In this document: one piece after another, positions 52,991 through 64,000 of the stretch
How positions within the stretch are numbered: position 1 is the stretch's first letter
Layout: each line of letters starts with the position of its first letter
NCBI GenBank assembly: GCA_051294375.1
Contig: CM119265.1
Coordinates: 25,444,297-25,508,296 of the forward strand
Reading direction: 5' to 3'
Source of the DNA: Paraspadella gotoi
Lineage: Eukaryota; Animalia; Chaetognatha
DNA length: 64,000 nucleotides
Program-made: the position numbers and the translations under genes
The notes under the pieces: generated by a model
Told to the model about the DNA's origin: nothing
The model's input: only the letters and a program-made list of their open reading frames with translations
Databases searched by the model: none

Positions 52991-54923
52991 CTGAAGTGGC
53001 GGAGGGGAGAGGGGGGGGCGTGAGCAGCAGGAATGTGACACTGTTTTTAGTCGACGCATTTTTGTGAAGAAAAAAATATAAGTTTGATCCTTTCTTTCTT
53101 TATCTTTTTTTAAAACATTTGACAGCTTAAATTGCACTGGATCATGGCCTACTTTCTTTTTTTGTTAGTTAGTTTTTTTAGTTTATTTATATTTTTCTTT
53201 ATTTTTCTTTTCTTTTCCTCCATAATTTTACAAAACCTCTTTTCTTAGGGGATTTTTCAAATCTTTGTTGAAAGTCCAGGTTTCTGTGTGAAGAAACGTA
53301 ATCGTGTGAAAGACATCAAAAGGGTTGAAGGAAAGACGCCTCATGACCCTATTTCATGAACTTCTTGGTGCTTACTTGGTGCTTGCTTCGTGCTTGCTTG
53401 CTTCCATGCTTGCTTCCTCTCTCCCGCCATTACCTTCTTTCTGGCCGGCGGCGGCGGTTTCTCCTTCTTCTTCTTCTCCTGCGGCGGCGGAGGCGGCGGC
53501 GGCGCTTCCTCCTCTTCCTCTTCCATCGGCTCCTCTTCCTCCTCCCCTTCGAACGTCACCCCAGGCTTGGCCTTTCCGCCCCAATTCTTGGGCTGTGCCC
53601 GCTCGGGCGGCTTCCTCTTTCTCAGCCCATCGGGCCGCGCGAATTTGAGGAAGACGAGATATCCGTCTTCGGCGTCTTCCAGGTCGGCGTCGAGAAGGCG
53701 CCCAAGTCGCGGCTCCGCCAGCGCCGCGCGAAAATCGGGATGGCGCTGAGCGAACGCGGTAAGCTGCTTGGCAACGTGATTGGCCTTTAGATTGGAAGGG
53801 GGGGAGTGAGTAAAGATTGAGGTCTTTCTGAATATACACTTTTTCTTTTTTTTTTTAAAAACTCTCCCCTATCACTTAATACTACAAAATGCAAATGATA
53901 TTTTCGTCAAAAAAAAAAAAAAAAGCAAACCTGATCCTTCCAGTTTCCGTTTCCTGCGCTGACCATCGACGGCGGGTCGGGCCGCTGCATCTGACGCTGC
54001 ATCATCAGCTGCGTTTGATGCTGCTGCTGCTTCTCGCGATGCAGCTCCTCGACGACGCGTCTAATCTCCGACAGCGTCATGTCCCTCGTCTCCTCCAGAC
54101 GTCGCATCATCTTCTCCGTCTCGAATCCGACGTTGGAAGGCGTCGTCCACGGAGCCATCGGCGGCGGCGCAGGATTCGATGGCGGCGGCGTCGACGGCGG
54201 CAGCGGCGGCGGCGTCAACGCTCGAGGCGTCGACGGCGCGAAAGTGACGCCGCCTCGGTCGTTGGTGGAGAAGCCGGACCACGACGCCGGTAGAGGACCC
54301 CACACGTTGATCTGAGTCCCGGAATAGTTGGTCGGCGTTCTGGGATCGGCGTCTTCCGGCCGCGGCGACGTCGGCGGGTGCCAGGCGTCCTTTGGCGGGG
54401 CGGAAGAAGGCGTCGGTCCGCGTCGGGAAGGGGTCGGCTTTGAATTGTCGGCTTGGTCGTCTTCGTCGTCGTCCAAAGTGACAGTCTCTTCGTCAAGATC
54501 GAATTCGACGTCGACTTCCTTCGAGTCTTTCGTCGCGTCCACGAAGAGGGTCCGGGTGTTGACGGGGCTCTCCCGCATACCGTCGCGGGTCACGGCCATC
54601 GCCTTGGGGTGTTGAATGAGGTTGGGTGGGGAGGTGGATGGGTGGAGAAGTTGGAAATCCCGTACAAAATTTACCTTGACCTCCCGCTTTCCCGGATGTA
54701 ATTGAAATGGCGCTTTGTACTTGTGGGTCACGTGACGACCTCCGTATTTGGTCTTGAAGGGCAGAGGCTTCGAGCCGTCCGTCGTGAAGTAGATTTTGCA
54801 GCCGGCGGACTCCGTTTCAGTCCACGAACAGTGCCGATCCACGGACGTACTGGGGTTGTCCGGGTACGTACGTCGGACGGGGGTTTATCGTTGGGGGGAT
54901 GATAGCGCCCGCGGTGGGGCCAT
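49989..54923 (-). CDS. Annexin with DZANK1-like N-terminal region (7 exons, ~756 aa)
   Basis: Exons 54923-54675, 54602-53931, 53784-53434, 52990-52733, 52437-52200, 51319-51175, 50346-49989. All introns are GT-AG with matching phases (0,0,0,0,1,2). The C-terminal part has four annexin repeats ([49 protein letters not shown]). The N-terminal part has [30 protein letters not shown] and [24 protein letters not shown]. Exon 1 has an in-frame TAA at 54887-54885, explainable by two compensating homopolymer indels. Confidence 0.9.
51405..52232 (-). repeat. 52-bp minisatellite (~16 units) derived from the annexin exon 5/intron 5 junction
   Basis: Unit on the minus strand is CACTTCAAGAGGCTGATGGTCGCCTTGTTACAGG|GTGAGGGGGCAAGGGAAT. 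The TGTAAC core recurs 16 times between 51439 and 52202. Confidence 0.95.
53434..54923 (-). CDS. DZANK1-like N-terminal exons 1-3 (FN3-associated/chitobiase C-terminal-like domain, P/Q-rich linker, second conserved block)
   Basis: [10 protein letters not shown] and [24 protein letters not shown] resemble the DZANK1 N-terminal domain as recalled. [39 protein letters not shown] resembles the DZANK1 block preceding its ankyrin repeats. No CxxC zinc ribbons or ankyrin repeats are seen. Confidence 0.75.
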
Positions 54924-55173
54924 GGTGGGTGTGGGCTGGGGTTAGAGAGAGAGAGAGAGAGAGAGGAGGAGAGAGAGAGAGAGGAGAGAGGAGAGAGAGA
55001 GAGGAGAAGAGAGGAGAGTTTGCTATGAAGAATTAACGAACTGAGATGTAAACTGTCGTATTCGTAAAACACGTCTTAATGTTTATTAATGAACGTCAAA
55101 ATAATTTAATAATAAGTTTCGTAATTTCGTTTGAAAAGATAATATTAGCCCTGAGAGTTGTTTGCGCTCTCCT

Positions 55174-55186
55174 CTCGCTTAGCAAC
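55174..55186. promoter_or_regulatory. Candidate RFX half-site upstream of the annexin-fusion gene
   Basis: CTCGCTTAGCAAC has a perfect TAGCAAC half-site, ~250 bp upstream of the ATG at 54923. Confidence 0.3.
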
Positions 55187-55630
55187 GGAAATGATTGATC
55201 AACCAAAAGAACATCGCGGAAAATTAAGTGCGGAAGCCAAAACGCCCCGACATCTGTCGCTAAATCTTAAAACTTGGAGGGACTTTTGTTTTTGTTTTTT
55301 CAGCTAAAGGCAAACATGGTTAACTAAAATAGTGTTAGAAAAGGTGTTTTTTTAAATTAAAAAATATTTTTCTTAAATTTTGGCTGTTATCTTATTATTT
55401 TCTCTTTCGTTTTTAATATTCTTAAATTTTAGAAATTTATCCATGATTTTTTTTTAATTACAAATTAATATTAATAATTAATTGATAATAATATTATTAT
55501 CAATATTAATACGAATTAACAGAAATCAACACAGACATTTGAAAAGAATATTTTTAGTCCAGAGATTTTACTTGTTGTATCATACCGACTATATCGTAGC
55601 ATTCATCCCTGACCGACCGGTTCGATTTAA

Positions 55631-55738
<108 letters not shown>

Positions 55739-56604
55739 ACTCCATCCTTCAGTGAATCACAGGCGGAGGCGGAAAAAAAAACAACAAAATAAAAAAAAAC
55801 CAAGATAAAAAGAAACAGACTCTTCTTCAGCAACAGATCAAAAAACAAATAAAGCGCAAAAAAAAAAAACTCAAAAAACTAAAACAAAACCAAAAATTAA
55901 ATCTCAAAAAACAAAAAGCTACTTAGTGAAATATGTCTGATTCCACTCATATAGAAATCGGGGAGATGAGTGATGTCAACAGGTGAGAGAACTTTGCTCT
56001 TTTTTTTTTGGAAATTCGATCTCTCGATTATCGGTGTTGTGATTCGTGATTAGTGAAGTTTCTGTGAAAGATCGAATCAAAATCCAAACGCGGGACTTGA
56101 ATCGGTGATTAAGTTTTGCAAATTTGTAATGAAACCGAAATTAAATTCGTTATAAGCGAACATTTGTTTCACAAAAAAAATAATATTCGATATTTTTTTA
56201 TATTTAATATTGATATTTAATATTTTCATCTTAATCTTAAAAACTTATTCTTTACTTTTCCTTTGTTTGATTTTTTTTCACAGTTTTTTCCTCTTTGGAA
56301 TCATTCTTTTGATATTTTCCCCCTAATTTTGAATGCAGCAAGTTTAACGTATTTTTAACTAATCTCTGTTTTCCACTTTTTACTTCATAAACATTTTTTA
56401 CGATAAATCGCACTTGACTCGTAAAAAGTAAAAAGAGTCAAGCCGAATATTTTTCATAAGTTCGACTCTTCATATAATGGAANNNNNNNNNNNNNNNNNN
56501 NNNNNNNCTTCTTTCACACATTTTCGCCTATCTTACATTCACGTAATTTTAAGATTTTAACATACTTTCAAATATTATATTATTTAAACAAATGTCAATC
56601 CCAC

Positions 56605-56751
56605 CAGGTTCGCTTGTAGTCCGATCCTCCGTGGACCATGAGGAGGAAGAGGACGATGGAGAAGAGATGGACGAGGAGGCAGAGGACGAGGAAGAAGAGA
56701 TAAAGAGGATCGTGGCGAGGAGCTTGGGGAGGAAGAGAGGGGGGAGGGGGA

Positions 56752-56782
<31 letters not shown>

Positions 56783-57578
56783 TAATAAAAGGGGAGAGGG
56801 GGGAGGAGGAGGAGGAGGAAGAGGGAAAAGGAGAAGTTGAGAGAGAGGAGAGATGTAGTCGGGCATTGCCTAGGTTCACCCCCCCCCTAAAAGCATGAAA
56901 CTTTCAGTTTTGACCCCGTGGCTCATTGAGTAAAGCATCAGCTCATGACCACTAGGTACCGGGTTGGATTGAACCCGGTACCTACCCTCGGGAGCGTCGA
57001 GGACGGCCGTAAGCCGCCTTGGGGCGTGGCAAACCCTCAAGCCTGGTTCCAAGCCCAGGACCCGTTCCATGGCTGCTAGAGGGGGTTATAGAAGTTATGG
57101 ATAGTCATCTTCAGCCCACTTAGGCCTTATCCACAGAGAGAGAGAGATAATAAAAGATATAAGTTTAAACATAATTAAAGCGTTAAACGTTTTGATCAAT
57201 AACTCGAAAACCTCCTTTTTCAGGTCCCTCAAATGATTGATCTGATTCCTTGAAATAATTTACTCCCGCCGATAGTGTAGGGGTTTTTCCCCTTCGAGCC
57301 AACTCTGCCCATACAACCCATAAATAACCAAGGCCATACGGTCTTACCAATCCCACACCTGACCTTTTCCACACTAAACCTTCCATTGATCCCTCCCAAC
57401 GCAGTCTTAGCAGCCATGACCGACCGACCGACTTTAATAAGAGTTGGTCAAAAACTCACCCCGCCTCAACCCTTTACTTACCACCGATTCCCGCTCGTCC
57501 GACGCCTTTCTTTCCTGCACCCCGACCGGCGCCCTTCATCCAAGTTTCCCCCAAAGCCGTCGGATCGGGCGTTGCCAT
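56605..57578 (-). CDS. Exons 1-2 of an uncharacterized multipass membrane protein (in an inverted segment)
   Basis: Exons 57578-57482 (phase 1, GTAAGT donor; true start may be further upstream, ~57821) and 56722-56605 encode ...APRHDPLYLFFLVLCLLVHLFSIVLFLLMVHGGSDYKRTW. The phase-2 end matches the + strand exon starting at 59467. Confidence 0.65.
56854..57135 (+). mobile_element. tRNA-like SINE, copy B
   Basis: Reverse-complement match to 38088-38356 over the full length. Ends GCCTTATCCACA followed by (GA)n. Confidence 0.75.
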
Positions 57579-57584
57579 GGCGAC
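57571..57584. promoter_or_regulatory. Candidate RFX X-box
   Basis: GTTGCCATGGCGAC differs by one base from the palindrome GTTGCCATGGCAAC. Confidence 0.35.
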
Positions 57585-59466
57585 CCATCACGCGAATCGA
57601 CTTCCCCACACGAAACCGAAATTGACGAGATTCGAGGAGACGTCCTTCGCTGTATCCTTGGCGGCATTATACGGCGAAGGATCCGCGTTGTACCGAAAAG
57701 GGGCATCGGAAGATGGGTTAGGTTCGTCGTCGTCGTTGTTGTCGTTGTTCTCTCTTTGGTCGGCGGCCAAGAGTTGAGAGTCTTTTCGAATTCTCGTCAC
57801 CGAACTGAACGTTTTGTACATGTTTGATTGTTTAAATTTAGTTTATTTTAGTATTGATAAAATAGTTGATTTATTTAATTTTACTTGATTTAATTCCTTG
57901 GCTTTAGATTCTTTAGTTTGGTGACGTTATATAAGCGAAGTTTTGTTTAAACGTTGTAGGTTTTTAGTGAGCCTCGTCACAGAGAATTGGGCGTTGGTTT
58001 AATTTTAAATGATTTAATATTAACTAGATACTTTAGTTATGTGAAAATTATCTTTGTTACCAAGGTCATCGCTAGCATCTGAGTATTAATAAGATGATTA
58101 TACTTATGAAATTGGTACAACCAATATAAAAATATCCATTCCATTATATGAAGAGTCGAACTTATGAAAAATATTCGGCTTGACTCTTTTTACTTTTTAC
58201 GATCAAGTGCGATTTATCGTAAAAAATGTTTATGAAGTAAAAAGTGGAAGTTTTAAAACAGAGATTTAGTTAAAAATACGTTAAACTTGCTGCATCAAAA
58301 TTAGGGGAAAAATCAAGAAATGAATTCAAAGGGGGAAAGAAACTGTCGAAGAAAAAAAATCAAACAAAGGAAAAGTAAAGAATAAGTTTTTAAGATTAAG
58401 ATGAAAATATTAAATATCAATATTAAATATAAAAAAATATCGAATATTATTTTTTTGTTGAAACAATGTTCGCTTATAACGAATTTAATTTCGGTTTCAT
58501 TACAAATTTGCAAACTTAATCACCGATTAAGTCCCGCGTTTGGATTTTGATTCGATCTTTCACAGAAACTTCACTAATCACGAATCACAACACCGATAAT
58601 CGAGAGATCGAATTTCCAAAAAAAAAAGAGCAAAAGTTCTCTCACCTGTTACATCACTATCTCCCCGATTTCTATATGAGTGGAATCAGACATATTTCAC
58701 TAAGTAGCTTTTTGTTTTTTGAGATTTAATTTTTGTTTTGTTTATTTTTTTGAGTTTTTTTTTTTTCGCTTTATTTGTTTTTTGATCTGTTGCTGAAGAA
58801 GAGTCTGTTTCTTTTTATCTTGGTTTTTTTTTTTTTTTTTTTCCGCCTCCGCCTTGTGATTCACTGAAGGATTGGAGTAGAAAGAAGAGAGGAGAGAGAG
58901 ACGAGAGAGAAGTAGAGAGAAAAGAGAGAATAGAGAGATATTGACAATCGAACCTCGGTCAGGTCGATAATGCTACTATATATCGGTATTGTACAACAAT
59001 AAAATCTCTGTAGACTAAAATATTCTTTTCAAATGTCTGTTGATTTCTTTAATTCGTATTAATATTGATAATTAATATTATTATCAATTAATTATTAATA
59101 TTATTTTAATTAAAAAAAAATCATGATAAATTTCTAAAATTTAAGAATATTAAAAAAATAAAGTATTACTATGATCATTATTTTTGAACTTTAATATTAT
59201 TATAATTAACCTAAACACCGTAAGACTATTCAATATTTTGAAAAATCGCCATAAATTTACTAAATTATGAAATGATAAGTGTACGGCCCCATTAACAGCC
59301 TAACGGTTAAAAATAAAATTTTTAGTACATTTTATCTTTTACTTTTTTCAGTTTGTTGTGGTTGAAATATACAGAAAATAAGTTTTTATTTGTTTAATGT
59401 AAAATTAGTTATAAATTGTTTTACATCTTTTATCAAATCAAAGTTATATACTTTCTTGTTCAACAG

Positions 59467-61570
59467 GTTTGGATCGAGACAGAGAGACATCTTCCGAAAT
59501 TCAACGCTTTGGATTCATCCCAGTCAAAACGGAGACAATCTCTGGTTTATGTTGCAGATTTTCGCGGGGATGTGGATTGTCTATGCAGCATCGACGGTGT
59601 GCAGAGAAGGTAAGTGTGGGGGAAAAGTGTGTTCAGTGTGAGCTTGTTATTATCTTGTAAGGGGCTTGGAGGCCTTGAACCACCATCGTCTGTCCGAAGT
59701 CAGGGTTAAGATAGCTTATTCAATATTCATTTATGGAATAGATCATTTTCGTATTGCAATTTTCATATGTAATAAATGGACTGAAATACAATATGATTAT
59801 TGTTGGAATTATTAATTAGAAAAATAACTGTAAAAAATAAAAGAAATAATTAAAAATAAAAATAAAAATATTAAATATTAAAATATTAAAGAAAGATTTC
59901 CTTTCTTACTCCCCAATCCCATTTCGTTTTTTCCAGGCGACGGCGGTCCACTCTACATCCGCCCGGGCGTCATCCCGCGTTCGACCTTCGTCCTCGGATC
60001 TTCGCCCTACTCTGCTTCGAGCGCGACGCCCTTCGTAGCGGCGCAACTCGACGATCCTTTCTCTCCTGCCCTTTCTGCGTTGCAGCGGCTGCTTCGCCGC
60101 GCTCTCCCTGCAGCGCAGCGCCCTTCACTTGGCTGAGATAAAGGATTGGCTGCTGCAGAGATCGTTCGTCGATTTGAAGCTGAGCGGTGCTTTGGCCATT
60201 TCTTGTGAGTCGAGAATGAATGAATGGATTAAATTAATGAAATGAATGAATGGATTGAATTAATGAATAAATGAATGGAATGAATGGTATGAATGAATGG
60301 AATGAATGAAGCATGAAATGAATGAATGGAATTATTGAATGAAATCTAATGAATTGATATGTAGATGGATAAGATGGTTAGATGGACGGATTGATGAATT
60401 GATGGGGTGCAATTGATTGGTTGATAGATTTATCACAACTTTTTTTAGTCCGACAAAATACAAAGAGATTAATTTTTTACGTAAAAATCAATGATAACAT
60501 AATGATTAACTAATTATCCGATAATAATTCTTTCCCCCTGGTCCAGCCCTTCCGCATTCGTTGCTCTTAACGTTTATCTGATCTTCACTTCGTTTTGCGG
60601 TTTGTTTGTCGATTTGGATCTCGTTTCCATGGAGACATCATGCACCACGGGTCTGGTCATCCTGGCCGTGCTCGTCTTGGCAGGCTTCTTTGTAAAGGAG
60701 ACGATGGTTGCGTGAGAGAAGTTAGAGAAGCTGAGGTTTTCTTGCTTAACAGTTAATACAATTTAGTTATTATCTATTTTTTTTAAATCAAAAAATAATT
60801 TATCACTGCAATTTTCATTTTAGATTTACTTTCTTATCTTTACCAATAAAATAATTCACGGAAATAAAGGTTTCAGGAGAATATGGCTACGGGAAGACAT
60901 GCGCGATGGCCGGGGTGTGAGGCATCTCCCGACGAGCTGGCGCTCAAGGCTTTGGACCTGCAGTGACCACCACCGTGTCACTGGCGTGTTTTATGCGCGA
61001 CAACCATCACACTTTAACCAGCGTGACCGTGAGGGGATATAGAACCCGAAACTCACGGTTGGTGAACGAGTACTTAGCTGTCCAAGCGGCAGTTTCACAA
61101 GATATACGGGAGGCGAATTAATTATTCGCCAACAAGTTAAATTTTCACCGGATATAATTATGGTTAATGATTTACTCTTTACTAATCATCGACATTAAAC
61201 ATTGACTGCAATTTAACATACATAACAAACTAATAGATAATATATTAACTCCCATCAACCAACAGTTGAAATCCTCTTCTTTCGACCGCATTCTCCGTCA
61301 ATTGTCCGGTCACTACTTCTTCCTCACCGTGATGTTGGTCCTTCGTCTTCCTCAACCTCCGTGACTCCGCAAGATTCCGTCTTTCACAAAATCAATCTGA
61401 CCACCATTGTGTTGACGTCCATTCTCGCTGTGGGCAAGATTGTGGTCGGCGCGTGGAGAGAGAGGAGGGAGAAGAGGATGAGAGAGAGAGGGGAAGGGGA
61501 GGATCACAGGACGCAGTTTGGTATTAAGTTACAATCTTTAGGACCATCAAAAGTAAGCATAAACATTTAG
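59467..61570 (+). CDS. Exons 3-6 of an uncharacterized multipass membrane protein (si:ch211-161h7.5-like family)
   Basis: Exons 59467-59609, 59937-60204, 60547-60706, 61266-61570. Motifs TLWIHPS..LWFMLQIFAGMWIVYAASTVCR, GPLYIRPGVIP, VSMETSCTTGLVILAVLVLAGFFVKE, FDRILR and GKIVVGAWR are collinear with that family as recalled. Exons 4 and 6 contain apparent indel errors. Confidence 0.65.
60875..61100 (-). mobile_element. Possible SINE remnant in a membrane-gene intron
   Basis: GC-richer intronic island with B-box-like GGGTTCTATATCCC on the minus strand. Single copy. Confidence 0.3.
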
Positions 61571-62125
61571 GGGACGTAGACCTTCATGAAACAATCAATT
61601 TTTTTATTATTTAATAATATCCTTTAAAAAAATTGGTGTCATCGCTTTGAGATAAAAGTAATATATCAGGTGTTTAAGAGGGATTGGTCGGGCGGCAGTG
61701 TAATAACCAAGAGGGTGTGACTTCAAAGCAAGAGGCGATTGGAATTGAGCCCTGATGGCTTTTTAACTTCCCACCTTAATATATGATTGAAGCACCTACG
61801 GGTCAAAACTGAACAGTTTTTTATAGCTATCTTTAAGGGGGGTTCGGTGTTTGAACTTCTCTTAACTGGCAATTGCTGTCCTTCTAATCTTATCTTACTA
61901 CCTGTGGATACTATCTCAAAGTCCAGAGCTTTGTCCCTGCACATTCTTTTTCTTGGTTCGCTTCTACTTTTTTTTTTCTCTTTTCGTTTAGGTGGCGTCA
62001 AATGGATCCGGGCCTCATAAACTTCCGCTCCGCGCAGGTAATCCAATCCTTCGCTATATCTCTCATATTATCTTATTCTCACTATGGCTCTCCTTCCCCC
62101 TCTCCTGCACCCTCTCTTACTCCAG

Positions 62126-63310
62126 CTCTCAGCTAACGATCTCTTATCTCTTCTCCTCGTACCTCATTTGCTCCTCGTTCCATTTTCTTCTCCCATCGTA
62201 CGCCCTTCTTTCATCAATACGTCATGTTTCCGTGGGATGGACTACAAAGGCGAAACCTTGGTGGGCTTGAAATATTTTTTGTTTTTAAAAATATTATATC
62301 ACTGAAAAGGTAATGTTAAAAATCTTAAAATTACGTGATGTAAGATTAGGCGAAAAGTGGTGGAAAGAAGATAAGTATTTACTATGATTTTCATTATTTT
62401 GATAAATTCTTTAATATTATCATCAATTTAATCTATCTCAAAACAACTGTAAAAAATTCTATCTTTTTAATATATTATCTCTTCAATAAAATCCAATGGA
62501 AATCGGGTCATTTATTCCTAATTTCCCTAGCAATTTACTATCAGCAACCAATTCAAAATTTACTATTCATTGAGAGCTGTATACCGGCCACCTTCCTTAT
62601 TACTTACTCCTCATTCGTCATTCATCAGAGTTTATAATTCTTTAATTCAGCTCTCTTCGGCAAGGCAAAATATACACAATTTTTAGTACATTTTTCTTCA
62701 CTTTTTCCAAGTTTTGCATTCGTGCAACGTATTGAAAATATTCAACCACGAAAACTAATTAGTTTTTTATCTTGTTCGAACCGTAAACTCTTAGATTTAA
62801 AATTGTTTCACTCAATCTCTTTATCAAAATCAAAAAGTTATATAACCTGTCTTGTATCGTTTACTTCCTCATTTTTATTCACAATTTCAACTCACGTTTT
62901 ACATTCAATATTTGTTTTAGAGAATCGCACGAAAACACGAGAGCGCACTCGAGTTCCCGTTACAAAACCGCCTTTTTTGGATACAATCGCCCACCACGTC
63001 AAACACGGAGAACAATTTCTGGTTTATAGTTGGCCAGATTTTCCGCCGGCGGATTGTGGATTGTCCCTATGCGCATCGCGACCGGTGTGGCAGAGAAGGT
63101 AAGTGTGGGGGAAAAAAGTGTGTTCAGTGTGGCTTTGTTTATTATCTTGTAAAGGCTTGGAGGCCTTGAACCAACAATTCGCCTCGTCCGAAGTCAGGGT
63201 TCAAGATAGCTTGATTCATTTTATGGAATGATCATTTTCTATTGCAATTTTTCATATGTAATCAAATCAGATACACTGAAATACAATAATGATTAATTGT
63301 TGGATATTAT
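62126..63310 (+). pseudogene. Second, insertion-riddled partial copy of membrane-protein exons 2-3 with introns (paralog, haplotype or raw-read fill)
   Basis: 62126-62370 matches the reverse complement of 56508-56722. 62370-63310 matches 59158-59810, including intron sequence and the GTAAGT donor. Confidence 0.6.
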
Positions 63311-64000
63311 TATTCATTCCACGAGCGAAGCCAAGCTAAACCATGTACTCTACAATCCACAATAAACAGAAATTAATTCAAAAATACAATATATTCCAAT
63401 TATTTAAAATATATTACATATACTTTAACAGAAAGCATTATTCTCTCTCTTTACCTATCTGCCAAACTCAGGCCCCACACTTTTTCCCCACCACTTAGTG
63501 CCGTTTTTTCTTTCCCTAACCTTAGGTTTTCTTCTTCACACTTATCTCAATTCGCTTAAGTAATTTTTAAATTCTTCTTCGTTCACGTCTTTAATTTTCA
63601 TACGTTAGATAATTTGGTATTATCTCAGTGTTTTTTTTTTTTTTTTTTTTTTTATATTTTTATTTATTTTTTTTTTTGTTGCGGTTTTTCATTTCGGGTT
63701 TGAATCTTCACTTCTGGTTATTGAGATAAGGAATCCAAAACGACAGTTTCACGAATCACTCTGACCAATCACGGAGCCTGTCGTTTTTTGATATCGAGTT
63801 GTTTTTTTTCAACTGCTCTCCACGATATTCGACGCCGTCTGTCCCAGGAAAAAACATAATTTAACGACTAACAATAAATGTTCTGATTTAAACATTTTAC
63901 TGGCTAAATGAACAGCGGACTTAAGCATTCATTTAAGGGAGTTATCCTACCAATGGATCGAAAATAAATAGAGTTATTAAAAAAAATAATTTATAGGAAC

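Overview
This is eukaryotic (animal-like) draft genomic DNA: AT-rich introns, GC-rich exons, many (GA)n/(AAT)n microsatellites and N-gaps. Several stretches are indel-rich and look like unpolished long-read gap fill, including four gaps of exactly 25 N, two of which end a duplicated block. Four spliced genes can be built from GT-AG junctions with consistent phases. (1) A TMEM268-like gene (+, 36.7-40.1 kb). (2) A ~1007-aa low-complexity protein with a C-terminal MYND zinc finger (+, 44.5-49.3 kb). (3) A ~756-aa protein (-, 54.9-50.0 kb) joining two DZANK1-like N-terminal blocks to a complete four-repeat annexin core; its fifth intron is filled by a 52-bp minisatellite copied from the exon/5' splice junction. 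(4) A multipass membrane protein whose first two exons lie in an inverted segment (56.5-59.2 kb), followed by a noisy second copy. Also present: a ~71-bp tandem array, a tRNA-like SINE family whose Pol III B box lies in a hairpin loop that is flipped between copies, and candidate RFX X-boxes. Family assignments come from recalled motifs, not from searches. There are no prokaryotic features or CRISPR arrays.
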